Part shown: piece after piece, positions 1 through 19,527 of the stretch
Layout of the letters: the number at the start of each line of letters is the position of its first letter
Numbering within the stretch: position 1 is the first letter of the stretch
Origin: the human T2T-CHM13v2.0 reference genome, Homo sapiens
Strand: one strand, 5' to 3'
DNA: 64,000 nucleotides
Assembly (NCBI RefSeq): GCF_009914755.1
Contig: NC_060944.1
Program-made: the position numbers and the translations under genes
The notes under the pieces: model-generated
What the model was told of the DNA's origin: nothing
Database searches by the model: none
What the model saw: only the letters and a program-made list of their open reading frames with translations

Positions 1-1115
<1,115 letters not shown>

Positions 1116-3109
1116 CTAACATTTTCTTTTTACATCCCAGTGAAGGCTGTAGGAAACCATTAATCTAAGCTGCCCTGTTTATACCATAAACATTATCTTT
1201 TAGCTCTTATTTCCAGAAAACTTTTGATTTTTTAAATGCACAATGAAAAATCAATTTTTAATTATGTAAGTTGTACATGACTACAGTCTCTGTTAAAAGG
1301 TTTTTAGAACTTTACAGATAAAATGAAGTTCCTTGGGCCACCAGCCCCAAACCCAATTGCCTGTTTAGGTGTATACTTTTCTTTCCTCTCTTTTTTTTTC
1401 AATAAGTGATATCACTTGTACAAGTTTCTCTGCAGCTTTTTACATTCAACACCGTTATCAGGCTCTAGCTATATCTCTCCATGTGGATCTAGTGCATTCT
1501 TTTGACTGGCATATGACGTGTCATGCCACCATTCCATCTCTCGCTCCCCTGTACAGAGGCACACACAGGGTTATAGTGAACATCTCTGTGCAAGCCTCCT
1601 TGGAGACATGCCTCAGTTTCTCTGGTCAGAGGTGACTCTTTGGATTCCTATCACTGAGGCAAAGTAAATAGAACCAACTTCAGAAGAGACCAGTGAGGTA
1701 GAAGACTTAATTTGTACCAAATATATTCATTCATGTGGGTGGGATAACTTGTAATACAGCTTACTTACCCTAACCTCTGTTTATTACAGTACAGAGGTAC
1801 AGTATGTCCTATTCTGTACCAAGAAACCAACCGCATAGCATTTTCCTTCATGCAGTGAGTCCTATAAAGGCCTGTTATAGTGTATTATATTGTCATCATC
1901 TTCCCCTCCATGGCAGAATGTCCCTGTGCAAGCCCTGACTCATGTGTCAGTGGGCCAGCTGCCTAGAGGCCTCCCTCCCTGTCCGTCTTCCCGCCGCTCA
2001 TTGCGTTAGCAAGGAACAAGGTGGGGACATCTACCTGGGGGATAGTGGGAGATAGGGGGCAGTATCTACAAGTCACACACAGCCCTGTAGGTCCCAGTTA
2101 GGACTTTGAGCTTTGGTGCACCTCCCTGGAGAATATAGACTCTATAAGAAAAATAATTACGTTTGTCTTACTATTGTATCCCCAGTGCCCAGAACAGGGT
2201 CTGTCACAAAGAAGGATGAGAAAGCAGAACCAGAAAGATCCACAGGATACAGGAACTCTCCTTTCTCCTGGCCTTGTCTCACTGCACAGATGAGGGGGGA
2301 AGTCATGCTTAAAACCCTTTCTGATTTGAAGAGTAATGTGCCCCTTAAGGAGTCTGGAGAGGGGAGGATACTTTCTGTCCTTTTCATACTTTAGTTAAAG
2401 TGCGAAAGTCGTAATCCATGTCCAGCCTGCTTTGTGGCATCAGTATTGCAGCCTACTTTTCAGCATTCACATTTGAGGAGTTCCTAGACCACCCCACTTG
2501 CAATCCAGTGCACAAAACAGACTTGAGTCTGTTAGATGTAAGAACAAGCAATGTCAAAACCAGAGCTCATTTTCCAGGTAGACAGCCCTGCCCTCCTAGG
2601 AAGCCTGCACCTGCAGCAGCAATGTGAGGGGTGAGGTAAAGGGCATCTGGACTTGCCCTTCACAGGCCACACCCCTCACCTGGAGATTTGGGGGTTGGAC
2701 TTGAGCAGCAGAGTGTACGCAGGCCTCTCTCCTGCTCCTTCAGTTACTCCATCCAGTAGTATTGCATTTCTACTCTCAGCCACTCTCTCAATCCATTTTT
2801 CTTTCTGCTTGTTGAGTGGTGACACTTCACTAGCTAAGGAAGGGGAAAAGCCATTGAGAAACGGTGTCGGACCTTTGCAGAGCGGCCAGTCTTCCTCCCA
2901 CAGTGGTGGCTGCTCTATAGATAACCTCAGGAACCTGAGTCCCCCTGGTGGGGGCAGAAGCATGTGACCAGTAGAAGCCAAAAAGGGGAAAGAACAGAAC
3001 AGCAGTTTTAGGAGTCTTCACCAAGTCACTGGAGGCAGAGAATGCCTTAGAGTTCACATGTATATGTGCCAGATGAGTGATTCTTTTATCTGATCAACCA
3101 TCAATATAA

Positions 3110-3255
3110 CGTGGATAGCTTGGAGAAAAACACTGATTCCTGGGCTCCACCTGGAAGTTCTGCTTCAGTAGGTCTGGGTCGGAGTCCAGGAACCTGTGTT
3201 TTTAGTGAGCTCCCTCAGGTGATTATGTTTCTCAGCCAGGCTTAGAAATCATCCT
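3110..3255. mobile_element. MER5-like hAT-Charlie relic
   Basis: gattcctgggctccacc...tcagtaggtctggg...ctccctcaggtgatt pattern. Confidence 0.65.
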
Positions 3256-3681
3256 GCTGCTGACCTTTGAGGTTCCTTCCAGCTCTGTCCTCCATGCTGA
3301 CATCCCGGTTGTGTGTGAGGTGGCACAGACCAATTTGTAACCTCTCAGAGAGGGCACGTTCCAAGCAGCTGCTCGTGGGTGACACACACTACTATTGATG
3401 TAGGTGTGAAATGCAGATGAAGTTTTTACATTAATTTTTGGGGTAGAAAATACACTGACAGGATTCAACGTTGAAAAAAATGAAAAGATGTACTACAGAG
3501 TGTCTTAGTCCCACCCCAGCTCACAGCTACTTAGTTCTCCTCCCTCAAGCAACCATGTTATTAGTTTCTTAGGTATCTTTCCATTGAAAGAAAATACATA
3601 TTCATATATATATATAATTTTAACAGCTTTTTGAGATAAAATTAACATGCATACAATTCATCCATTTAAAGTGTAATTCAA

Positions 3682-3966
3682 GCCAGGCGCGGTGGCTCAC
3701 ATCTGTAATTCCAACACTTTGAGATTACAGGCAGGAGGATCGCTTGAGCCCAAGAGTTTGGGACCAATCTGAGCAATATAGCAAGACCCCATCTCTACAA
3801 AGAATAAAGAAAAATTAGACTAGCTTGGTGGCATGTGCCTGTGGTCCCAGCTACTCAAGAGGCTGAGGTAGGAGGATTGCTTGAGCCTGGGAGGTGGAGG
3901 CATCAGTGAGCCATGACCGTACCACTTCATTCCAGCCTAGGTAACAGAATAAGACCCTGTCTAAAA

Positions 3967-3984
<18 letters not shown>
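3682..3984 (+). mobile_element. AluJ-like
   Basis: diverged dimeric Alu with poly(A). Confidence 0.92.
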
Positions 3985-4017
<33 letters not shown>

Positions 4018-4045
4018 ATACATGCACACACACACACACACACAA
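3963..4045. repeat. compound microsatellite (A)n(TA)n(CA)n at an Alu tail
   Basis: read directly. Confidence 0.95.
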
Positions 4046-4484
4046 AATTTTGTGATTTTTAGTTTATTGACAGAGTTGTGCAACCATTACCACAACCTAA
4101 CTTTAGACCATTTTTATGTTATCATTGACGATCACTCCCTATGTCTCCCTACGCCGCCCCCCTAACTCTAGACAACCACTAATCTCTCTGTCTTGAGTAT
4201 GTGTAGCTATTAATTCCTCAGGCTTGCAGAGATGGTTGCGTACTGGGGAGTGCTCTATACCTTGCATTTTTCATCGGATACTGTATCACCATTCCAGGCA
4301 TCTTTTGCTGTCAGGCGACAGGACGAAGGTTGCAGTCACAGAGTGGTTATGCCTGCCTGGCTCCTGGGGAGCAGAGGACTCTGTAGGAACTGGAAGTGCC
4401 TGTCTTTTGCTCTTGTGGGCTGCCACGGAAGGCCTCAGTCCTAGCCAAGCAGAAATGTATAATCTCTGTTCTTTCTCTCTTTAG

Positions 4485-4631
4485 AAACTCATCGCATACG
4501 GGCACATCACTGGCAACGCCCCTGACAGTGGAGCCCCTGGGAAGCGGCTGATCGACAGAATTGTTGAAACCATTTGCAGTTGTTTTCAGGGCCCTCAGAC
4601 TGATGAAGGGGTTCAGTTACAAATAATTAAG
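4485..4631 (+). CDS. ARFGEF2: exon 4 (147 nt), [10 protein letters not shown]...VQLQIIK, DCB domain
   Basis: ctctttag|AAACTC ... ATTAAG|gtatgc; phase 0-0. Confidence 0.97.
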
Positions 4632-5310
4632 GTATGCCTATTTGTTTGCCTGTCTGGTTTTTAAATTAGAAAGCAAGTCCCTGTGGGAATCTGGATTTCT
4701 AATTTACTATGTGTTAGTTGTCTCAGGTGGTGCTGAGGTGGAACAGAAAGATTTAAGCGTCACTTAGATCTTTTGTTAGGTGTCAGAATTTATTAGCGTG
4801 GACTGAGACAAGAAAAATGGAACCAGGTGTGTTTTCAAAGTAAACTGTTCAGCTAATAACAATGTAAATTTCTTGTGAATTAAATCGTCTTGAAATCCTC
4901 TGGTTAACCCTGGATTCCCAGTCTGGGTTTCTCAGTGGGTCTTTGTTGATATTCTTATCTCTGACTTGCCTCTGTCCTACTTCCCTGTTCGATTTCTGCT
5001 GCCAGGAATGGTTTGGCACAGATAGTACCATCTGCTTGTCTGAGAACAGGATCAGGACAGGTGTAGCCAAGGATCCAAATATTAAGTCCTGAAAGTATTA
5101 ACATTATGAGGGGAGGGCTCCATGCTAGATAAACCTTTCTTAAAGCTCCCTTGAAAACCCACTAGGGAATTGGGAAACTGACCACATCGAAACGTATATT
5201 TTCTGATTAATCTGGGTGAGATCACGTTGGAGTGTTATATGTCATGAGATAATTGTCTGTATTATTCATTTTAGGTTTTTCAATCAGTATGAAAATTCAG
5301 AAGTTTGGCC

Positions 5311-5572
5311 TTTTTTTTTTTTTTTTTTTTTTTTGAGACATAGTCTTGCTCTGTCGCCTAGGCTGGAGTGCAGTGGTGCAATCTCGGCTCGCTGCAAACT
5401 CCACCTCACAGGTTCAAGCAGTTCTTGTTCCTCATCCTCCCGAGTAGCTGGGACTACAGGTGTGTGCCACCACTCCTGGACTATTTTTATATTTTTAATA
5501 GAGATGGGGTTTTACCATGTTGGCCAGGCTGGTCTTGAACTCGTGACCTCAAGTGAGCCACCCTGCCTGGCT
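5311..5572 (-). mobile_element. AluS-like
   Basis: poly(T) plus Alu body; flanking gaagtttggc repeat (TSD). Confidence 0.92.
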
Positions 5573-5865
5573 GGAAGTTTGGCTTTTTAAAAAGTGAGCC
5601 AGTAGAAAGCCTGCTTCAACACAATTTAATTGTTTCGAGTGATTTGGATTTCATAGAACTGTTCATTGTTTTTCAACTAACAGCCATAGGAGTTGGCTCT
5701 TCATAATAATCACCTAGTTTAATTTGCAGAGCCATCTTACAATTTATTTGAAAAAAGCACACAGAAAAGAAAAACAAAACCAGACCCTCTAGAAAAGTGT
5801 GGCCATAGGAGGGCAGGAAGGTGATGTGCGTTCCTGATGGTGAAGGTCGCGGATTTCTATTTTAG

Positions 5866-6045
5866 GCTCTTCTGACTGCAGTGACTTCCCCACACATTGA
5901 AATTCATGAGGGTACTATCCTGCAGACAGTGAGAACATGTTACAATATCTATTTGGCCAGCAAAAATCTCATCAATCAAACCACTGCCAAGGCTACCCTT
6001 ACTCAGATGCTGAACGTCATTTTCACCCGCATGGAAAACCAAGTG
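5866..6045 (+). CDS. ARFGEF2: exon 5 (180 nt), [10 protein letters not shown]...RMENQV, DCB domain
   Basis: ttttag|GCTCTT ... CAAGTG|gtgagt. Confidence 0.97.
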
Positions 6046-6301
6046 GTGAGTGACAGCACTTACGTGCTAGGGGCAAGACATCATTGCTCTCTGAACTCTA
6101 TCATGTGTGACCTTGGTGCCTGTGAAGAATCACTAGCATTTTAAAGCTACCCCTTCTTCCTGTGGATTCTCTGTACTGTGCTTTTGTTCTTGCTTTAAAA
6201 ATCAGAGAAACTAAAGGGTTTTGAAATTTGTGTTCAGAATTTGTTTGGAGACTGTCAAAGGAATTTATTTCCTTTTAAATATGTTATCCTTTTGGCTGGA
6301 A

Positions 6302-6638
6302 TTTTTCTTTCTTTCTTTCTTTCTTTTTTTTTTTTTCTTTTTTCTTTTTTTTTGGAGAGAGGGTCTTGTTCTGTTATCCAAGCTGGAGCGCAGTGACAGG
6401 ATCATGGCTCACTGCAGGCTTGACCTTCCCAGCTCAAGCAATCTTCCCACCTCAACCTCCCAAGTAGCTGGGACTACAGGCATGTGCCACCACACCCAGC
6501 TAATTTTTTTATTTTCTATAGAGACAGAGTTTCACCATGTTGCCCAGGTTGGTCTCGAACTCCTGGGTTCAAGAATTCCTGCTGCCTCAGCCTTCCAAAG
6601 TGCTGAAATTATAGGCGTTAACCACCGCGCCCAGCCCA
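6302..6638 (-). mobile_element. AluJ-like, about 78 nt upstream of exon 6
   Basis: T-rich tail plus Alu body; ggaatttttc / ggaaattttt flanks. Confidence 0.92.
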
Positions 6639-6716
6639 GGAAATTTTTTAAGTAATAGGCTGGCATAATTTTTCTTCCTTACCAAAATGCTGTATCCCCC
6701 TTTTGTTGCCTTTTAG

Positions 6717-6951
6717 TTGCAGGAGGCCAGAGAACTGGAAAAACCAATCCAGTCAAAACCCCAGTCCCCTGTGATCCAAGCTGCAGCAGTATCCCCAAAG
6801 TTCGTTCGTTTGAAGCACAGTCAGGCACAAAGCAAACCAACAACTCCCGAAAAAACAGATTTAACCAACGGTGAACATGCCAGGAGTGATTCTGGAAAAG
6901 TAAGCACAGAAAATGGAGACGCACCCAGAGAAAGAGGCTCATCACTGTCAG
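6717..6951 (+). CDS. ARFGEF2: exon 6 (235 nt), LQEARELEK...RGSSLS(G)
   Basis: ttttag|TTGCAG ... TCAG|gtacgg; codon E209 (GAA) at 6738-6740. Confidence 0.97.
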
Positions 6952-8199
6952 GTACGGGCTGATACGGTATGGCTCTTTTTCCAAGTGTGAGAGGGAATCA
7001 GCCTGTGAGGGGCAGAAGAAGTGTATGTCATAACATCTGAAGGAAACCTCTGATAACAGCTTATCTCTTTCTGGGCCTTTCCCTTTGCTTTTCTCTTAGG
7101 GAACACAACCAGTGAGGCATGATGTCAAGTGTCCCGTTGTCAGCTGTGCTGTTTTCTCTAAATAGTACTGGGATGTATCTAGCTGCTACTTCTTCATGTC
7201 AGCCTCAGTGCAACAGGTTCAGGTTGGGACACTTATCTTTCAGTAGTTAATTGATTGGGTGATTAGTCACTCAGTGTCCACAGGAGGACAAGGGCTTAGA
7301 TTCTCATGTCTACACTGGATCTCCATGCCTTGCCCAGTGCCTAGCAGTAGCCACTCATAGATATCCATGGAAGGAGCCAGAAGGTAGCAGGTGGATGGAC
7401 GGATAGACAGATGGACAGATAGCTTTGTTTTCTTCTTCTGGTGACCATGTACATCACTTGTTTTTGTTGGGTTTTTAAGTGAGAGACTAACCCACACCTG
7501 ATTATATTCTTAAAGTAAATGAAATGAAATACTGGATTGAGTTGTTATAAGATGATACTTCTGACTGTTCATATCTCTCCCTGGGCAGTTTGTAGGAACC
7601 AGATCCAAAATTGGTATTTTTTCAGGAATTTCCTTTCCCAAGTGATTCTGTCAAATGCTTCTTCACTCAAGCAGGTTGTTCTATACAAAATATCTGACCT
7701 GTCTTCATAACTGATCTCATTTCTTCTTCAGCCACATTACTGATAATGATTTCTGTTGGTAGTATGTTCCCTACTGGAGTGCACATATTTGAGCAGGTTT
7801 TATTCCTTTATAATTTACCAGACTGCTTGATGTACATGAGAACAGACCAAGTGTTGTTGCTGGAATGTTGTTTGGTATTCATTTACTCAAGGAAAGCACA
7901 AAAGAAAAAATTGCCACCAAGAATGGTGTTGTGTCTCAGGGTGAGCACGGAGTTGCCTTCTACTTACTTCTGCTGTCGAGAGTCCTAAGGAAGGTGCTCA
8001 GAATCCCCCGGCCCACCCTCTGTGTCTGTTATCATCTTTGCCTTTGTAACTCTCTAGGGAAAGGACCAGGTTTTTACTGTAACCCTTATTAAGCTGTGAT
8101 CAGTCAATAAATATTAATATTTAAATACACTGTAATAAGCATAGCTGTGCAGATATAAAACCAAGTCTCTCTGAGCTGCATAAAAGTGCTTCCACTTTA

Positions 8200-8710
8200 G
8201 CCCATTTTCTGTACAGCAGCCAAAGTGATCTCTTAAAAGCGTGAATTAGAGCATGACCCCTGCTCAAACCCCTTTGGTAATTCCCCATCCTGTGCCATTC
8301 TGACTGAAATCCATGCCCTGTCCTCATAGCTTATACCTCTCTTTCTCTTTTTTGCTACACAGTGCACAGGTGCCCTTTCTGGTTATTGAACGGCTGTGCT
8401 TGTTTCTCCCTCAGTGCCTTTGCACTTACTGTCCCTTCCCTGCCTCTGAACCCCTTGTATCTTCAGGTCTCTCAGTTCAGACTGAGAGAGGCTTCTCTGA
8501 TCAACTTCTGTAGCTCCTCATCATATCTGTCCCATTATCTTTTATTTTTTTCCATAGTACTTACAATACCTGAAATTACTGAAGGGTTCTGTTCACTTGT
8601 TCCTGCACTGAAGCCTAGGCTGCCCTGCTCACCACCATATTCCCAACACCTAGAATGGTGCCTGGCACACGCAGCAGACATTGAGCAAATACATTTTTTG
8701 AATGAATGGG
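8200..8710 (+). mobile_element. L2 3' fragment
   Basis: ends gtgcctggcac...ttgaatgaatg. Confidence 0.7.
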
Positions 8711-8951
8711 GAAAAAACGTTATTGCTAGAACATAATTTTGTAGAAACGCAGTAACTTGAAGTTCTGCTCTAACAAAGAGAAAATAATTTGCTGTTAGCA
8801 TGTTGCTGTGGATTTTGTGGCCAATACTTGGTGCATCCTGTGAGACTTTCCCAGGAACATGGGAATCAGATTGCCTGGGAGAAGCAAACCCCAGACCTGC
8901 AAATAATGGGTCAGAACGGAAGTGTGCTGTTACCTTTAAAAAGAGCAAGTG

Positions 8952-10053
<1,102 letters not shown>

Positions 10054-10229
10054 TAGACAGCAATATGTTCCAAATGCCTGGAACTGTGCCGGACACATAC
10101 ACACTCAGTTTGTTGATTGAATGAATCTTACCGCCCCACCATCCCCCATGCTCCCTATTTAACTGGACAGAGAACAGGGATGTGGGGAGGCCTTATCTCA
10201 GACTCCTCCCATTTTTTCCCCATTATTCT

Positions 10230-10542
10230 TAGCATGTGACTTCTATCCTTAGGGTCATCTTATGGCTCAGGATCCTGTCATTTTGTTCCAGGTAGGAAGA
10301 AAGAGGAAGAGATAGGACTGAAGAACTCTGCCAGCTGAGTCACCCCCCTTCTAAAGAGGAGTCTTCTGGAGCTTGTTGCCAACCCTGATAACTTATGCTT
10401 ACCCCTCATTGGCTATAACTTCATCACATGATCACCCTTTCTGCAAGAAAGGCTGAGAAATGTAGGCACATTCCCTCCCAAAACAAAATTCAGGATCTGT
10501 TAGGAAGGATATGAGTTAGAGAACTGGCAGTGCCTGCCACAG
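10230..10542. mobile_element. MLT1-type MaLR LTR relic; similar relics at about 37600-38060 and 63350-63610
   Basis: cattggc...tcacatg...ctgcaagaaaggctgagaaatgtag motif. Confidence 0.6.
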
Positions 10543-11379
10543 AGTGTTCTCCAGCTGGCTAGGGAGGGAATGGCAGCAAGGTTTCTCCTATGTGAGCCTA
10601 TTCAAGGTGGCCCTCTTATTTTGCTTCGGGGCAGAGTCTGAAACAGATAGGGTCTGGTGCCTAATCAGTAGTGGTGGTGATATCCCAGGGAAGAGCAGAA
10701 CCAGTGGTTTTTAAGTAGATTCTTTGTACCTCTCAAAGGTTTGATTTGATTTAATTATCAAACACTTTCACAGCATGCTTGAAACTTAGATACAATGGAC
10801 TTAGTAGTGGTTATCACAACATCCAGAAAAGCCTCTTCTGAGACCTATCCAAGGCTGTCATGTCAGCAGGGGAAGCAGTCCACAGTTACTGGGTGGAGTC
10901 TTCCTGCTTTGGGGCCTCTACTGGGATTTTTCCTTAGCAGCTCCCTCTTCAGGAACCTTCTGCTGGTATTCGGGCTTTCTGACTCTCCTTAGCTCTTCCT
11001 GGCCTGAGAATGTTTTGATTTTGCATAAGTACTATTATGGATCCTGCCTATTAAGGAATATGAGTTATATACTCTCTCCCTCCAAAAAACGTTGCTCTTG
11101 ATGCTGTTTAAATGGAAAAACTGCAGTGAGGGAAAGAGGAGATCCATGCTGATGTGAAATTTTGTTTTTCTCCTTAGGAATGAAAGATAGTGAAGGTTTT
11201 AACTAACTGGAACTACTTGCAGTGTGATTCGTTGGAAATTTTCATTATGGATTTAGTCTGCAGGGCCAGGCGGGTGACAGAAATGAGCAGGCTTCTATCA
11301 TGAGGACATCATAAATGTCTTCACACAAGCACCTACATATAAACACACAGGCCTAATAAAAAGTAGCATTTGAGAGCTC

Positions 11380-11902
<523 letters not shown>

Positions 11903-12532
11903 TTCTCTGATGTTCTTAAAACACCCTGCCCAGTCAGCCTCCCATTTTCTCTGCTCTTGACAGACATGTTACTTTCCTGCTTACTGTGTAGTAACAACAG
12001 TGGTCCAAGTGTGATGGCACCTCGCATTTGGCCCCAAGGGAAGGGAGTCGATTGGGAGTGGTGAGGACTGAGGCAACAGGGTATCAGCTGAGTTCATGCC
12101 CTGGCTGAAGAGGGCAGCTTCACCTGGTTCCAGCCAGTTGTGGCCCAGTGTTGCCACATAGTTGGGTTTTTTAAATAGAAGCCCATTCTGGTTTTTGTGA
12201 GTAGTCTCCTGGTTTTTAAATGTTGGCAGCTAATTCAGAAGTTTTAAAAAGCAGCACATAGGCTAAGCAATACATATGTACAGGCAGAGGTACTTGCCAG
12301 TCACCACTCTATAGCCTCTGGTCTAACTCACTGAGGCTGTAGCTTCTTTGATAAAATGAGTTGATATTTCTTGGGTGTTGAATGTAAATGAGGTGCTGTG
12401 TACTTTGGAATGTATGATACAGATTGGAAACTGTCACCATAATTTTATTAATATCATAGCATCAGAGAAGGTTGGGACTGGAAAGGAACTTGGAAATATC
12501 TAGTCATATGTTTTCCAAATTACAAGAGGTGA

Positions 12533-13398
<866 letters not shown>

Positions 13399-13525
13399 AG
13401 AACGTTTTATATTTTAATGGTTATTTATTTTAATATGCATTCAGAAAATATAACTAATGTATGAAAACTGTTATTTTGTGAATTTTATTGCTTAAGGTGA
13501 GTTAAAGAGCACTAGTAAATACTCG

Positions 13526-15970
<2,445 letters not shown>

Positions 15971-16424
15971 TATATTTAAAATACATAATAATATATAATA
16001 TTATAGTGGTGCATGAATGTGGCAAAAGCCATGAAGGTGGTTTGAGAATGACTAAAGTTTGAGTAACAGTGATCTAGTCTAAATCATCCTTTTTAGATGA
16101 AGAAGTGAGTTTAGCAATTGTGACTGTTTCTGGGGTTTTCTAATTTCAAGTTCCCTTTGCCTTCTAGGAAAAGCTTATAACATCAGTATTTCCCACACGA
16201 ATTTACTTTGCCACGTAGATAGTTCCAGAGTGTTAAGTGCCCAGTGGAAATGAAAATACTTAGCACTGCCCTCCGGGACCTTATAGATCAAGCATAGAAC
16301 TCATAAAAATGGTGGCTGGGTTGAAAATTCTCATTAATACACAGTCAAAGGATTATTTTGGTTTTGCTTTTTTAAGGTGATGGCTTTTTTGGTCAACGTG
16401 ATGTTTTATAAATGAGTAATGTTA

Positions 16425-16693
16425 GGCCAGGTACAATGGCTCACGCTTGTAATCCCAGCACTTTGCGATGCCAAGGTGGTAGATCACTTGAACTCAGGAG
16501 TTCAAGACCAGCCTAGGCAACATAGAGAAACCTCATCTCTACTAAAACTACAAAAATTAGCCGGGCGTGGTGAGGAGGCGGGAGGATTGCTTGAGCCAAG
16601 GAGGTGGAGGTTGCAGTAAGCTGGGATGGTGCCATTGCACTCCAGCCTGGGCAAGACAGCAAAACTCTGTCTCAAAAAAAAAAAAAAAAAAAA
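16425..16693 (+). mobile_element. Alu with internal deletion
   Basis: Alu body, poly(A), agtaatgtt TSD. Confidence 0.92.
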
Positions 16694-17333
16694 GTAATGT
16701 TTACTTCTAAATATCTGGTCAAGAACTGTTTACTTTACGTAAGCTCCTTCCCAGAGCTAGTTTTCTGCGGCGGGGGGAGTAAGAGATACTGAACCTCTTC
16801 TACTTAAACAGTTAACATTTTACAGAATAATTTCATAAAAGTTTAGTAAATCCTTAACTATCACATTGGAAATCTCATGCCAGATTCTGGGTTTACAGTG
16901 TGAGAAGGCGAAGCAGCAGAAGGCATGTCATTTACCAAGGCTCGTTGGTCCCCGAGGCTAAGGCACAAGAGAAAGCTCCATTTGTTCTGCCAGGAACTCT
17001 GGCTGGATAAAATCGAGCTCCTGCCTCCAAGTTGGGGGTGGTGGGGAGGGCCCTGGGCCGAGCCACTGGGACTTAGGAAGGAAGAGAGTAGTATAAGCCA
17101 GTGGGGTTTTAGTGTTCCACAAAGGGAACCTCAAAAGCAGAACAGATGCTGCCTAAGTTTCCAGATTTCAAGGAAGTTGTCCTCCATTGACACAATCAGA
17201 TTTGGCCTTGGGGAGAACTTATTTGCACCCTTTGCCTTCTGAAATGTAACTCCCCATAATCTCCTTTTCCTCTCTTCCTTTGTTTTTCCTGAAAATGCCC
17301 ACGTGTGTTTTGTGTATTTGGATGTGTGTGTAG

Positions 17334-17402
17334 GGACTGATGACGGAGCCCAGGAGGTGGTGAAGGACATCTTGGAAGATGTAGTCACATCTGCCATTAA
17401 AG
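17334..17402 (+). CDS. ARFGEF2: exon 7 (69 nt), GTDDGAQEVVKDILEDVVTSAIK
   Basis: gtgtag|GGACTG ... TAAAG|gtaaga; phase 1-1. Confidence 0.96.
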
Positions 17403-17630
17403 GTAAGAACCAAGGACAACCCAGCCTTTCCTCTTCCCTCATTCCTCCAAAAAGTCCTCAGCAAAATATTTTAGTGGTGGAGTTTCCTCTTCCCTGCCCT
17501 AAGAACTGGTGGAGCTCATGGAAACTGAATCTTCCCACGTCTGCCCATCTTTTATATGGGATTCAAAAATGACTTGTTTTTACTGACTGATTTTAGTCTC
17601 ATTTGGGTTGGGTTTAGGAAACATAGTCTG

Positions 17631-17991
<361 letters not shown>

Positions 17992-19375
17992 TTAGGGGAT
18001 GTCCAGGTTTTTCTAGGAGTGGGCTGGAGCCCTGAGATCCATGTCCATTGGAGCTGAGTTTTCATGGCCAGCCATTGATGTGTCAAGGGGACAGTCCACA
18101 TGTCAGCAGGTATCAGGTGTACAGGGAAGCTTTGTTTTGTTAGGCTTCATTCATAAGTGCCTCATGGTATGGTTTCAGTGGAATTAAACTTGTATGGCTC
18201 AGAATGACTGTTAGATGATCTTTTTTCTTTGTTTCTGCCCAAAATCTCAGGTCAGTGGGTATATGTTGAACACTTTGTTCCAATGCCAGTAAATTATGAA
18301 TTTGTCCAGAAATCAAAATCTTAATGGGTTTTCATCAGCTTTTTTTTAAATGAAAGAGAGTAAAATGAAACAGAGTACAAATGATCTGACTGTATCACAT
18401 ATAATGTTAAGTATTGTTTCATGAAATGTGTTTCAGTTACTTATGTGCCCATGTCTATACTGGGATACAGTTTTATAAATTAATTTCTTACAGAGGTCAA
18501 GATTTGAAAGCCACTTTTCTAAGCCCTATCTTTTTGTTTAGGTACCACAAAGCTATATACATATTCTATTATTTATTTAACTTCTTATAGAAATGCCTGT
18601 AAAATAGAAAAATTTTATTTCATACCTTTAGATTTGTTTCTGGGATCTATACAAGAAGTCATCACATAATGGATGTTTGTCTTGTTTACTTTGTGTCCTC
18701 CAGCCGCTACTGCAGAGCCTGGTACATAATTGGCACTTGATAAATATTTATTGAATGAAATATGCTTTGTAGGGCTATTATTGAAAATTGTTCTCATTGT
18801 TTCATGTCCCTTTATAGAACCACATTATAAATTTTTCTTAGAGTTTCATTGCTCTGCTGATCATCAGATATGCTTTCCTTCATTAAATGATGAAATCTGT
18901 GTAATTCTTTATTTTAATTCCCTTTTTTCACATGGCTGCCAAGAAGCTCAGGTTTACATTTTTTCTCTGTGACTAAGGTTTTCTGTCATAACTGGCTCTT
19001 CTCTAATTCCTTTATTAATGGTACTTTAAAAAAATCTGTACCTTTCATGTTTAGCTGCTTCTAATCTTTTTCAAAAGTGAATGGGGGTGGGTAGGGCTGC
19101 TGCATTGCACAGTTCTGGAGGCACCATTGATCTGGAGAGAATTGTATATTGCTGTGGCCCTGGCAGTGGGGCTGTGGATAACAAACACTCGTAAGGCTTA
19201 AGCATCACTTTGGCCAAGGCTTTTCCAGGATTATGTCAGTCATGGGCTGGTGGCACAGGAAAAGGGGAAAAAGCAACAGCTGGGAGGTTCACAGATAACT
19301 TCTTTTTGGTGTCAGGCAGCCCTTTAGGGTAAGTACAGTACTAATTTGGCTATGACTTTGTACTTGTGTTTTAAG

Positions 19376-19527
19376 AAGCAGCGGAAAAGCATGGTCTGAC
19401 AGAACCTGAGAGAGTTCTAGGTGAACTGGAGTGCCAGGAATGTGCTATTCCCCCAGGAGTTGATGAAAACTCACAGACCAACGGGATAGCCGATGACAGG
19501 CAGTCCTTGTCGTCAGCAGATAATCTG
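19376..19527 (+). CDS. ARFGEF2: exon 8 (152 nt), EAAEKHG...SSADNL
   Basis: ttttaag|AAGCAG ... AATCTG|gtatgt; tandem acceptors make the start ambiguous by 3-6 nt. Confidence 0.93.

Noticed and set aside
2113-3057. Overlapping 70-104 aa ORFs in repeat-poor intron 3 as a nested gene or processed pseudogene
   Set aside because: No recognisable homology, poly(A) tail or TSD; could be an enhancer but sequence alone does not support it
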